DNA from: Octopus vulgaris
Lineage: Eukaryota
Direction: 5' to 3'
NCBI GenBank assembly: GCA_951406725.2
Contig: OX597821.1
Coordinates: 23,498,001-23,562,000, forward strand
Length of the DNA: 64,000 nucleotides
Shown: positions 1-12,699 of the stretch, piece after piece
How the letters are laid out: every line of letters starts with the position of its first letter
How positions within the stretch are numbered: position 1 is the stretch's first letter
Notes under the pieces: model-generated
The model's database searches: none
What the model was told of the DNA's origin: nothing
What the model saw: only the letters and a program-made list of their open reading frames with translations
Translations under genes and position numbers: made by a program

Positions 1-461
1 GCTTTCTTTCATTTTTCTTCGTTTCTTCTCTTTCTTTCTTTCCCTCCTCACTCACTCCCCACCCCCTCTTTCTCTCGCTGATAAAAAGGATACGAGAATA
101 ACACAGAGAAGAAGGAAACTAATAAAGGGGCCGAATAGGCGGATGATATGATGGAAAACACGGAAGAAGGAGACTAGGACACAAATAGTGGACACCCGGA
201 AGCAATCAGAAACGTGTTGGAGAACACCTGCCCTCCTCGTAATCTCCCTGATTACTTCCGGGTCTCCTGCGGCTTTTTTCTTTCCACCCTCCTCTCCTTC
301 CTACCATCCACTTACTCCTTCGTTTTCTTCCTTTTCACCTTTTTGATCCCCCCTCCTTCATCTCCATCTTATCTTTTTCCTTCCGCTCACACTCGCTCCT
401 TTCAAGCGGCTACCTGTTCTACCTGTTTGTTTCTTTTTAACAACACATACATACTTACATG

Positions 462-523
<62 letters not shown>

Positions 524-717
524 TACATACATACATACATACATACATGCATGCATACATACATACATACATACATACATACATACATACATACATACAC
601 ATACACAAATACAAATACACACACATGGTTGCATACATACATCTGTGTGTATGTATATATACATACACACGTATGTATGTATGTATTTATGTATGCATGT
701 ATATATATATATATATA

Positions 718-1235
718 TCACGTGATCACGTGACCGACCAGTCCATCAGATGTAGTTACACATCGCTGGTCACAATGCGTTCGCATTGTTTTAGCCTTCG
801 AATGACGCCACCCCGCTGGCTAAGCGAGCAGGCCAACAGAAGAAAGAGTTGGAGAAAGAGTGGTGAAAGAATACAGCAGGGATCACCACCCCCTGCCGGA
901 GCCTCGTGGAGCTTTTAGGTGTTTTCGTTCAATAAACACTCACAACGCCCGGTCTGGGAATCGAAACCGCGATCCTACAACCTATTTCTTTACTACCCAC
1001 AAGGGGCTAAACACAGAGGGGACAAACAAGGACAGACAAACGGATTAAGTCGATTACATCGACCCCAGTGCGTAACTGGTACTTAATTTATCGACCCCGA
1101 AGGGATGAAAGGCAAAGTCGACCTCGGCGGAATTTGAACTCAGGACGCATCGGCAGACGAAATACCGCAAAGCATTTCGCCCGGCATGCTAACGCTTCTG
1201 GTAGCTCGCCCTAACCATTGGGCCATTGCACCTCC
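718..1235 (-). mobile_element. tRNA(Arg)-derived SINE, family A head with tail type 2 (octopus OR-like), interrupted by a family B SINE at 982-1210
   Basis: Colinear with the intact copy at 5743-6045; the tRNA head is split by the insertion. Confidence 0.85.
982..1210 (-). mobile_element. tRNA-derived SINE family B (GGCGGCGAGCTGGCAG head, GCCTTTCATCCTTTCGGGGTCGATAA core, tail 1)
   Basis: Matches more than 10 other copies in the window, e.g. 30193-30423 and 54143-54373. Confidence 0.9.
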
Positions 1236-1533
1236 ACATATATATATACATGCATACAATTATATATATATATTTACGTATGTACATTTATAAATATATG
1301 TACCTCTCTCCCTCTCTCTCTCCTCCTCTCTCTCTCTCTCTCTCTCTCTCTTCCTCTCTCTCTCTTACTCTACGCACACACTTTTACATCGGGCCTGCTT
1401 CGGTCAGAGCTGACCACGGCTAGTATCCTTGCTCTTTTCCGCTCAGGACACACACACTGTACAAAGAAATGCGCTTACGTGAATTTTGGTTTATATATAT
1501 TGTGACGGAGAAATATGCAAGAGTATTATTATA

Positions 1534-1575
<42 letters not shown>

Positions 1576-1577
<2 letters not shown>

Positions 1578-1773
1578 TTTTATTCCTTTACTTGTTTCAG
1601 TAATTTGACTGCGGCCATGGTGGAGTGCCGCCTTTAGTCGAGCAAATCGACCCCAGGACTTATTCTTTGTAAGCCTAGTACATATTCTATCGGTCGGTTT
1701 TGCCGAACCGCTAACTTACGGGGACGTAAACGCACCACAATCAGTTGTCAAGTGATGCTGGGGTAGAGGACAA

Positions 1774-1811
<38 letters not shown>

Positions 1812-1974
1812 ACATACGACAAGCTTCTTTCAGTTTCCGTCTACCAAATCCACTCACTAGGCTTTCGTCGGCCCGAGGCTACTGTAGAAGACACGTGCCC
1901 AAGGAGCCACGCAGTGGGACTGTACCCGGAGCCATGTGGTTCGTAAGCAAGCTACTTACCACACAGCCACTCCT
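1576..1974 (-). mobile_element. SINE family C (tRNA-like head, CORE-like CCTTGGGCAAGTGTC block, internal CA/TA microsatellite, AGTAAAAG tail)
   Basis: High similarity to copies at 4806, 27045, 33344, 40426, 43580, 45550 and 62888. Confidence 0.9.
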
Positions 1975-2228
1975 GTATATATATATATGATGGTAGGCTC
2001 TCGTAGTCCGAGAAAAGCCGGTTCTGTAATTCTTACTTAACAACTTGCACAAATGATTCGTTTATAGAGATCAAATGTATGTGCTCTACTTTAGCTCAAT
2101 CCCTCCAACAAATCGATGTTACCTTTACAGGTGCACAGTGTATGGTGTAGCATGCGTCAGGTGTCCTAGTGATTACTGAGCAACGTAAAATGAAGTGTTT
2201 TACTCAAGAACACTACACACCACCCATA

Positions 2229-2606
2229 GAGGCGCAATGGCCCAGTGGTTAGGGCAGCGGACTCGCGGTCGTAGGATCGCGGTTTCGATTCCCAGACCGG
2301 GCGTTGTGAGTGTTTATTGAGCGAAAACACCTAAAGCTTCACGAGGCTCCTGCAGGGGGTAGTGGTGAACCCTGCTGTACTCTTTCACCACAACTTTCTC
2401 TCACTCTTTCTTCCTGTTTCTGTTGTACCTGTATTTCAAAGGGCCGGCCTTGTCACTCTCTGTTTCACGCTGAATCTCCTCGAGAACTTCGTTAAGGGTA
2501 CACGTGTCTGTGGAATGCTCAGCCACTTGCACGTTAATTCCACGAGCAAGCCGTTCCGTTGATCGTATCAGCTGGGACCCTCATCGTCGTAACCGACGGA
2601 GTGCTC
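2229..2606 (+). mobile_element. SINE family A, tail type 1, full length, inserted in an older family D SINE
   Basis: A box TGGCCCAGTGG, B box GTTTCGATTCC, TCG anticodon-like loop; TSD TACACACCACCC at 2214-2225 and 2613-2624. Confidence 0.92.
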
Positions 2607-2692
2607 CTATATTACACACCACCCGGTCCAGGAACAGGAATCACGGCACTGGGCTATGCATCCTCGACACATACATATATACATATACATAC

Positions 2693-2885
2693 ATTCTTTA
2701 TTCTTTTATTTGTTTCAATTATTTGACTGCGGCCATGCTGGAGTACCGCCTTTAGTCGAGCAAATCGACCCCCTGGGCTTATTCTTTGTAAGACTAGTAC
2801 TTATTCTATCAGGGCCTTTTTGCCGAACCGCTAGGTTACGGGGACGTAAACACACCAACATCGGTTGTCAAGCGATGTTGGTGAG
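2693..2885 (-). mobile_element. SINE family C, 3' half
   Basis: Near-identical to 4806-4997. Confidence 0.8.
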
Positions 2886-3152
2886 GAGAACATGTACGGC
2901 TCATCATCACCACCACCAACACCAACACTATCACCATTAACATCGCCACCACCACCACCACCACCACCACCATCACCAAGAACAACAACAACAACACCTT
3001 TGCCAACGCTGCCTCCACCTCCGCCGCCTCCGCTACAGAGCTACCGTCGTCGCCGCCGCCTCTGCTGCTCCCGCCTTTGTCGTCACCATCACAACTATCA
3101 CTACAGTTGAAACTAGGAAGTCAAAATTTTTTTTATCAATGTATCATAAAGC

Positions 3153-3244
<92 letters not shown>

Positions 3245-3504
3245 ACATGTATTTTTAATGTTTGTTGATGTGTTTATCATTAAGTTATTGGGATATTTAA
3301 TCAGATCACCTGTTATAATCAAGACGCCATCTTGTTGAGGGCATTAGTTAAAGAGATATACAAGAGATAAAGTGTCATAAAAATGGAGTAAAACAGGAGA
3401 ATTTGAAGAAGAAACATGGCGGAAGTTCAATAAAATATAGTGATATATTTGTCGTGGGGAAGGAGAAAAGAATTAGAAATTTGAATAGATTGGATTGTTG
3501 TAGG

Positions 3505-3964
3505 GAAGCGGAGAGAGAGGGGAGATATAGAGAGAGACTAGAGAAAGGGGGAGAAAGAAAGGATAGAGAGAGAATTAAAGAAAGAGAAAGAGAGGAGGAG
3601 AGTCAGAGGGAGAATGACAGAGGGGAGAGCGACAGAGAAACTAGAAAAGAATGAGAAAAGGAGAGAGAGTGAGAGAGGGAGAGGGAGAGGGAGAGAGGAA
3701 GAAATATAGGAAGGATATGGAAGAAGGAAAAGAGAGACAGACAAAAAAGAGAGAAAAACAGATGTTGAAAGAAAGAGAGAGGAACAAAGAAAAATAAAGA
3801 AAGAGGTGGCGAGAGAGAGAGAAAAAAGAGTGAGAGAAAGACAGAGATGGAGTGAGAGGAAGAGATCAGAAATGAGATAGGCCAAGAGAGAAAGAGAGAG
3901 GGTAGACAGAAAGTGAGAGAGAGAGAGACAAAGACAGACTAAAGATAGAGAGTGGGAGAGGGAA

Positions 3965-4006
<42 letters not shown>

Positions 4007-4170
4007 GCTGACAAAAAGAGAGAGGGAAAGTGGAGAGAGAAAAGGTAGAGGGAGAAAGAAAGAGAAGAGAAAGAGAGAGAAGGGGAGAGAAAGCGAGAGA
4101 GAGGAAGAGAGAGACAGGGAGAGAGAAACAGAGAGTGAGAGAAACAGAGAGAAAGAGGTGGGTGGGGAGT
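3505..4170. repeat. Degenerate polypurine (GA-rich) tract
   Basis: About 650 bp almost entirely G/A on the + strand. Confidence 0.9.
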
Positions 4171-4762
4171 AAACTGTTCACTAGTGTTGCTGAATAATTA
4201 AACGGAAGCGGATGAACTGCTTCAAGGCAGCGAACTGTTCGGAATCGTTGGAGCGTTTCTTTAGTTGGCACCGTGCTATTTATTCCGATTTTCTGTTCTC
4301 TGCGTCTTCAGTTCAAACCCTGCCGATGCCAAATTTGCCTTTCGTCCTTTCCGGTTTCATAAATGTAAAGAACCAATTCAGGGCAATGGATTAGCAGAAC
4401 TTTTAGAGAGTTCTGTGAAATTCCTTGTGATTTATATTCTTTCCTTCCCGTTCTGAAGACATAGGATGCGATCATATTGGTGCCAAGCTGTATCATTCCT
4501 ACCAAACGTCGTATTCACCCCACCATTTTTATATTTTTAGTTGGAGGTTGGTCTGGTGGAATAAGCATTGCTTATGGGTTTTATGGGTAGTTTTGCACCC
4601 AACGGATAAACGCAGTTCTCTTTCAACAGTTGCTTCCCAACTACATGGTTCCGGGTTCAGTCCTACTGCATGGAACCTTAGGCAAGTGTGTTTTACTATA
4701 GTTTCGGGCCGACCAAAGTCTTGTGACTGGATTAGTTAAATGAAAACTACAAGAAGCCCGTC

Positions 4763-4805
<43 letters not shown>

Positions 4806-4808
<3 letters not shown>

Positions 4809-5045
4809 TTTATTCTTTTACTTGTTTCAATTATTTGACTGCGACCATGCTGGAGTACCACCTTTAGTCGAGCAAATCGGTCCCAGGACTTATTCTTTGT
4901 AAGACTAGTACTTATTCTATCAGGGCCTTTTGCCGAACCGCTAGGTTACGGGGACGTAAACACACCAACATCGGTTGTCAAGCGATGTTGGTGAGAACAA
5001 ACACAGACACACACACAAACACACATATATACATACATACATACA

Positions 5046-5104
<59 letters not shown>

Positions 5105-5264
5105 CGGGCTTCTTTCAGTTTCCGTCTACCAAATCCACTAACAAGGCTTTGGTCGGCCTGAGGCTACAGTAGAAGACACTTGCCCAAGTTGCCACGCACT
5201 GGGACTGAACCCGGAACCATGTGGTTGGTAAGCAAGCTACTTACCACACAGCCACTCCTGCGCC
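4806..5264 (-). mobile_element. SINE family C, full length
   Basis: Head AGGCGCAGGAGTGGCTGTGTGG on the minus strand through the AGTAAAAG tail. Confidence 0.9.
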
Positions 5265-5742
5265 TATATATATATATATGTGTGTGTATGTATATGCGTG
5301 TGTTTGTGTATCCTATTACCAATTGACAACTGGTGCTGGTGTGTTTATGTCCCTGTCACGTAACATGGTTCAGCAAAAGAAGCCGATAAAATAAGTACCG
5401 GGATCGACTCATCCGACTAAGTCTTCACGGCTGTGATCCTGAAATAAGTAAAAGAATAATATATATATATATATGTATGTGTGTGTCTGTGTGTGTATAT
5501 GTATATATATATATATGAGCAATATGAGAGATCACTATGTGGCTCCCTTGTATGCTAAAAATAGACGTCAAGCCGTCTTACCACTAAATCTGTATTCTCA
5601 ACTTAGTGTTTACGAGCTAGATTCACGGTCCTCGGACACATTTTTAAGTGTGCTGGCCACTAAGTTGAAATTGATATTATTTAATAATATTAATTTCTAC
5701 TCTTACTATATATCCATGTGTGTGTATATATATATATATATA

Positions 5743-6045
5743 TCACGTGATCACGTGACCGACCAGACCATCAGTAGTTGTTACACATCGCTGGTCACAA
5801 TGCGTTCGCATTGTTTTAGCCTTCGAATGACGCCACCCGCTGGCTAAGCGAGCAGGCCAACAGAAGAAAGAGTGGGAAAAAGAGTAGTGAAAGAGCACAG
5901 TAGGGATCACCACCCTCTGCCGGAGCGTCGTGGAGCTTTTAGGTATTTTCGCTCAATAAACACTCACAACGTCCGGTATGGGAATCGAATCCGCGATCCT
6001 GCGACCGCGAGTCCGCTGCCCTAACCACTGGGCCATTGCGCCTCC
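5743..6045 (-). mobile_element. SINE family A head with tail type 2
   Basis: Same tRNA head as 2229 but a different 3' half ending GGTCACGTGATCACGTGA. Confidence 0.88.
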
Positions 6046-6069
6046 ACACACACACACACACACACACAT

Positions 6070-6152
<83 letters not shown>

Positions 6153-6399
6153 TGTATGTATGTATGTATGTATGTGTGTATGTATGTATTCATATGTATA
6201 TGAGTGTTTGGATAAATGTGTGTGCTTGCGTGTTTATATGTGTTTGTGTGTGTGTGTGTACATATACTTTCTTTTACCTATTATCTATTACTTGTTTCAG
6301 ACATTTTAAACATTAGACTGCGGCCATGCTGGGGCACTGCCATGAAGAATTTTAGTCGAACGACTCGACCCCATAACTTAAGCCTAGTACTTATTCTAT

Positions 6400-6436
<37 letters not shown>

Positions 6437-6709
6437 TGTATGTATGTATGTATGTATGTATGTATGTATGTATGTATGTTTGTGTGTATGTATGTATGTA
6501 TGTATGTATGTATGTATGTATGTATGACAAGTTTTCAGTTTCTGTCCATCAAATCCACTCACAAAGCATTGGTCGGCTTGAGGCTGCATAACAGGAGATA
6601 CCCAAGTTGTCACACAGTGAGACTAAACCCGGAACTATGTAATTGGGAGGCAAACTTCTCCCCACATAGCCACGCATCCACCTATATGTATATAACAGAC
6701 GATAGAAAC

Positions 6710-7274
6710 GGAAAATAGAATATACTAGAAACTTAATTGTTCACAACGATCGTTTCGACCCATCTTGCATCGATCCCTCGCTGGTGGGATTCTATAAAAC
6801 TGGTTGTGGTGCTTCCTTCGGTACCGAAGCGTCTCATGAGAGGATTTTACAAGGAGTATCACGTTATATAAACCCTGTTTCGCTCGGTTAAAATACAACA
6901 TGTTAGTGACCGTAGATTTAAGCCTTTGGTAAGGAATGGCGAGGGTTTGATTCTGTTGCCTTGTTACAAATACTAATTTACATGTATATAGTAGTAAATC
7001 AATGACAGGGAGTAAATAGGGAAAAAAGGAGGAAAATAAGAAACATAAAAATAAAATATACAATAAAGTAAAAGAAAACCTACGGTCACTAGCAACTTGT
7101 GGTGTTAAAACCGAGCGAAACGAGACACCCGTTGTAAAATGACCTGATGAGAGGCTTTAGCACCGAGGGATGCAACACAACCAGTTGTACAGTATCCCGC
7201 CTGCAGTGGATCGATGCAAGATAGGTTGAAACGATCGTTGTGAGGAATAAAGTTTCTCGTATGTTCCATTTTCC
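6710..7274. repeat. Imperfect inverted repeat (arms about 6710-6915 and 7080-7274), probable Penelope-like inverted termini
   Basis: Arms align at roughly 75% by eye; the right arm carries a hammerhead core. Confidence 0.75.
7101..7164 (+). ncRNA. Candidate type II hammerhead ribozyme
   Basis: GGTGTTAAAACCGAGC-GAAA-CG agacacc CG-TT-GT aaaatg AC-CTGATGA-GAGGCTTTAGCACC; stem II closes with 9 bp, stem I has only 2 bp. Confidence 0.5.
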
Positions 7275-7311
7275 ATTATTATTTGTTATATACTCGATAG
7301 ATTGATAGACA

Positions 7312-7625
<314 letters not shown>

Positions 7626-8668
7626 GAATTTTGCATATATAATGAGGACTGCGTTACCCTATGGCTTCGGTTATTATTATTGTTGATGTTGTTGCGGGTG
7701 GTGGTGTAGGTAGTGTTGGTCGTAGTGGTACTGATGGTTGTACGTCTGATATTTCCTGTCAGTCTTGTTTTGTTTTGACTTAACTCTCTACATTGACAAC
7801 TTGACTCAGTTGCATTTATCTTATTTGAAGTCAGTCAGTTTGAAATCAAAATAAAATAAAATAAAATTGACAAATAAATAAACGGATGAAAACAAGATTT
7901 ATTAAAGCAGACGACACCGTGAGCGTTGTTTGGCGGGAAATGCCAAGCACATCAAACCAAGCTACGTCGTCATTTCCTCTCAATACAATCTGGTCAAAAT
8001 GACATCTCACTTGTCAGAGAATCAGCCACGTTAGGTTAAGCTTTAGCCGTATCAAAGTTTGATAATTAATTAGATGAAAGCATTCCTAATTCTTAGAACA
8101 TAAAAATAGCTAATATCAAATATGCGGTCACAATAAGAATAATATTGTTACTGATTTAGGCAGGAGAGCAATTTCGTAGCAGGGAGTTGTTCAATAACAT
8201 CGATTCCGGTATTTGACCGCTTCTTTATTTTATCGGCCCCGAAAGGTTGAATAGCAAAGTTGTCTGAGGAGAACTTAGAATTTGAACTTAGAATGTGAAG
8301 AGCAAGAAAAATGGCGCAAAGTATTTTGTCAATCGCTCTAACGTTCTGCTACAAAAATATAAGTGGATGACCAACAAAATATTTTTGGAGATTTCTCTAA
8401 GTTTAGGATCTTTGGAAGTATAGCTTCGATGTGCCTGTCAAGGTTCCTTGAAATTTGTCTTTTATCTTTTACTTGTTTCAGTCATTGGACTGCGGTCATG
8501 CTGGGGAAACGTCTTGAAGGGTTTAGTCGAACAAATAGAACCCGGCACTGACTTTTTAAGCATGGTACTTGCTCTGTTGATTTCTTTTGCCAAGCCTGTA
8601 AGATACGGAGACAGAAACAAAGCAACACCGATTGTCAAGCGGTAATGGGGACAACATAAAACACAACG

Positions 8669-8737
<69 letters not shown>

Positions 8738-9355
8738 CACACACATGTATAATGTAAGAATAAATGTATATATCAATATCTATAGTGGAGAAAGCCGCTT
8801 ATCAATTAGGTATGTAACAGTTACTAAAACTACTAAAAGAAAGCAATTATTAAAGAGTTGACCGCCTGGAAATATTTTTATAAATTCATGTTCTAAGAAA
8901 TTTCCTATAATTTCGATTTCTCAAGTTTATTGAATTTTTTAAACTCCAATTTCTAGCAAATTTAAATATTCATTGCATTCACTGCATCTAATTCTTCACA
9001 GATTTAAATATTCATTGCATTCGCTGCGGAGTATTCCATTTTCATTTGCAAAGACTCTCACATTCTATTTTAAGTTGTAATTTGCTATTTGGAAAACTTA
9101 TAGTTTATTCTATTAATGTATATGTACTGTAAAAATATTATTTATTAAATGAAATTTTTTTAAATACCCGTATAAATTTTGAAAGCGGGATAGCTGTGAG
9201 AAGAGCCTAGAAAGTTGGGTAATTACTATTAGAAGACGAGGAGAAAAAGAAAGTTGCCGACAAGTACTCGAAACTTGCACTTTATTCACAGTTTCCAAAT
9301 ATTCTATACCACTAAGCTAATATATGCACAAACAAGTTGCAGGAGCGACTTCATC

Positions 9356-9405
<50 letters not shown>

Positions 9406-9471
9406 CGAGCGTGTTTTGAATGCGACGAAAATATTTTTACACAAATGGAATTTTAATGTTGAAGTGAAACT

Positions 9472-9646
9472 GGTAATACTTAAATACAGAGGTCTCTTAA
9501 CTTAAATATAGGTGTTACATACAAAACATTTTAAATGTACGCTGTGTGGAAGTGTAATGACACCCTAGCCCTAACCTTAACCCTAAACTAACCCTCCCCT
9601 TCATATCGTTGCGTAGATGTATCGGAACCTCTTATTTAAATAGTAC
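9472..9646. mobile_element. MITE with imperfect TIRs, 9-bp TSD and internal telomere-like (CCCTAA) hexamers
   Basis: AGTGAAACT at 9463-9471 and 9647-9655; TTAAATACAGAGG / CCTCTTATTTAA termini. Confidence 0.65.
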
Positions 9647-10673
9647 AGTGAAACTAACGATTTTTGTGAGTTCTTGAATGGCTTACAAACATCTACGCTT
9701 TTCTTTCAGCACACGATCTCAGATCAAGTCACTTGCTATGCAAGTACATCTCCGTAATTTTAAAAAATCACTATGGATAAATGCCAGTAATGACAATCTC
9801 AGGCTCTCCAATATTTTAATTTCTAAACAGAAACAATTGGGGGAAGGGAATGGGATTGCAAAAAATTCATAATTTCTCAAAATTTCTTTTTTTTATAGCA
9901 TATAAATATATTTATGGGGGGAAAATATTGAAAAACATCAATACATGCGACAGTTATAAAGAAACTAGGAGGGTTGTCTTTGAATGTGCTAGAAACAACA
10001 GCCAAATCGCCTTTAGATCACTCACTTTTCCTTCTGAAAATATTAACAATTTTATTTCTTATTTTTTAACGAAAATGTTCTTCCCATAGTTTTCAAGTGC
10101 AAAAGGAAAAAAAATTGGCCAAAATAGGCCCGAAGTGAGATGATGTGGGAAGTGGAAGACAAAAAAAAAAAAAGAGTTTTCAAAACATTTTTCATACAAA
10201 GATGCTCCCGCCAACCCCATCATTTCGAAGGCTGTAGCTAAAATAAAAAAATGTGGAAAATCCATGAAAAAAATTTCCCCACAAATTTCTTTATAATCGT
10301 AATCTATGCCGTTTGAAAGGGATTTGTATAAATTTTCATTAAAAGATACCCATCTTCCTGAAAATTATGAGGGAAAATGTCAGATCGTGTGAATTTTCCG
10401 AAACTTATCTCTCCACCCCCTCGGAAAAATTATTTCCCATATATATTTTGAAGCCAAACACTTAAGCGCTATTTGTAGAAAATTTTGTTAAAAAGTATTC
10501 ATTTTTCTGGATGTTATGAGGCAACAAAGTCGGGGGTGTATACATCTGTAGTAATGCCCTTATTCGATTGCTATCACTTCTGTAGATACGGTGGGATGTT
10601 ATATTTCCGCTAAAGATGTCAAACTAGAGCGAAACGATTTTTTCATTTCATGTTTATTTCATTCATTGTTTGC

Positions 10674-10728
<55 letters not shown>

Positions 10729-11149
10729 TCACACTGCAAGATTTACAGATGGGCTACTGAATTGAAATCTCTATGTTGCTTTGAGGGGAAGGCAAAACTT
10801 GACAAACTGCTTCTCTCTCTGTTGCTGGACTACCGTGATGTTTGTTTAAAAAAGAGATATTATGACTGTGATAAAATAATGAAAGCATTATTTGCTAAGC
10901 AAGTGAGCACTATTACGCATAGAAATAATTAGATGTAATATATAAAAATTATTACAATTGGGAATCACATGTGAAAATGTTATCAAGCGGCAAGCAGAAA
11001 ACCGCCTGGATGGCGGTTATTCTACTAGTATATGTATATGTGTATATCTATGTGTGTGTGTGTGTGTGTGTTTGAGTGTGTGTGTGTGTGTGTGCAAGCA
11101 TGTATGTATGTATGTATGTATGTATGTATGTATGTATGTATGTATTATG

Positions 11150-11181
<32 letters not shown>

Positions 11182-11204
11182 TGTATGTATGTATGTATGT
11201 ATGT

Positions 11205-11690
11205 ACGATTCCACCAAAAATGCTTTCGCTGCATTTTAAACGTTAAATGAGGCTTTTTTTTAAAACTCCGGGTACAGATGCCTTTGCGTCTGCAGGCATC
11301 ACTTCAATTAAATCAATGATTCTGAAAAACCAAATGAGATAGTCTGGCCATATAGTTCGAATGGTGGATGAACGCACACCCAAACAGCTGTCTTATCGCA
11401 AGCTTGCACAGGGCAAATGCAATCAGTGTAAACCGAAAAAGAGATTCAAGGACGGCACAGTTTCTGACAGACCATGCCTTTCTTTTGCCGGGCTCAAATC
11501 TCATTTGCGGATCCATGAAAAACGAACCTCCACCAACTATTCTGCATACATGTCTGTGCACACCTTTCAATGGCGTGTATGCCATAAGGTCTGCAAATCT
11601 AACGGAAGCCTCAAAAGACATGTTAAGATTCGCAAAGTTCGGAAATAGTTGTCAGAATCGTCCGAGTTGGAGAAAAATAAACGCTTTGTG
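11205..11690 (+). mobile_element. RTE-clade LINE 3' fragment (decayed)
   Basis: NQMR*SGHIVRMVDERTPKQLSYRKLAQG..KPKKRFKD resembles the RTE C-terminus, followed by C2H2-like GLKSHLRIH. Confidence 0.8.
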
Positions 11691-12699
11691 AAATTTGAAT
11701 CGCCTCGTTACATTCTGAGTTCAGAACTCACTGATATCGATTCTGCCCTTCAACCTTTCGCGGTCGATAAAATACACTTAATTCTTCCCCTCTCAAGAGG
11801 CATGCACGTGATAAATTATAATTAAGTCGGCAAAAATATTTTAATGGATATTGGAAAATTATTAAATCTGACGTAAGGGGAATAACTCCGGACGTTTCGC
11901 TCTAGTTTGACTTCTTTAGCGGAAATATAACATCCCACCGTATCTACAGAAGTGATAGCAATCGAATAACTAAGGGTATAAACAGAAATTGTATTGGGTT
12001 GTCTAATAGAATCATTGTTTCTTTTTATTTTTCCTGCTTTGCTCTTCATCGTCATAATCATCATAATTTTGTTTTTTACTTATTTGCTTTTTAATCTTAG
12101 TAATTATCTATTTCCGAACCGCTAAGTTACGGAGACGTAAACACACCAAGCAATGATAGGACACACACATGCAAATGACGGGCTTCTATCAGTTTCCATC
12201 TACCAAATCCACTCACAAGGCTTTGGTCGGCCCGAAGCTAAAGCAGAACATAATTGCCCAAGGTGCCACTCAGTGGGAGTGATCTGGAACCGTGTGGCTG
12301 GGAAGCAGACCTCTTACCACACAGCCACACCTGAAAAGAGATAAGATTTATTTAAATTTCAAAAGCGATAAGCAAGAGTTGTAGAGGAAAAATTACGCTA
12401 AAAAAACTACGTCTTAAGATGCGTGCTTTGTCAAGAGCTCGGACATGAAAGAGAAGTGAAGGCGTTACGCAGTGAAAGTCAGCGCGTGTCCAGAACAACC
12501 AAGATTTTGATATATCGTTTGAATTATTCAAGGCGGCAAGCTGGCAAAATCATTTCTGCACCGGACAAAATGCTTAGCGACATTTCGTCCGACTTTACGT
12601 TTTGAGTTCAAATTCCGCCGAGCTAGACGTTACCTTTCATCCTTTCGGGATCGATAAAATAAGTATCAATTGATTACTGGAGGTGATGTAATCCCTATA

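Noticed and set aside
214-918. 234-aa ORF and the many HT/YI/CV/YLSI ORFs across the window
   Set aside because: Stop-free frames of microsatellites and SINEs
2229-2305. tRNA-Arg gene
   Set aside because: The tRNA-like head continues into a SINE body with a TSD and has many copies
7928-7942. E2F-like site TTTGGCGGGAAA
   Set aside because: An isolated motif that cannot be supported from sequence alone
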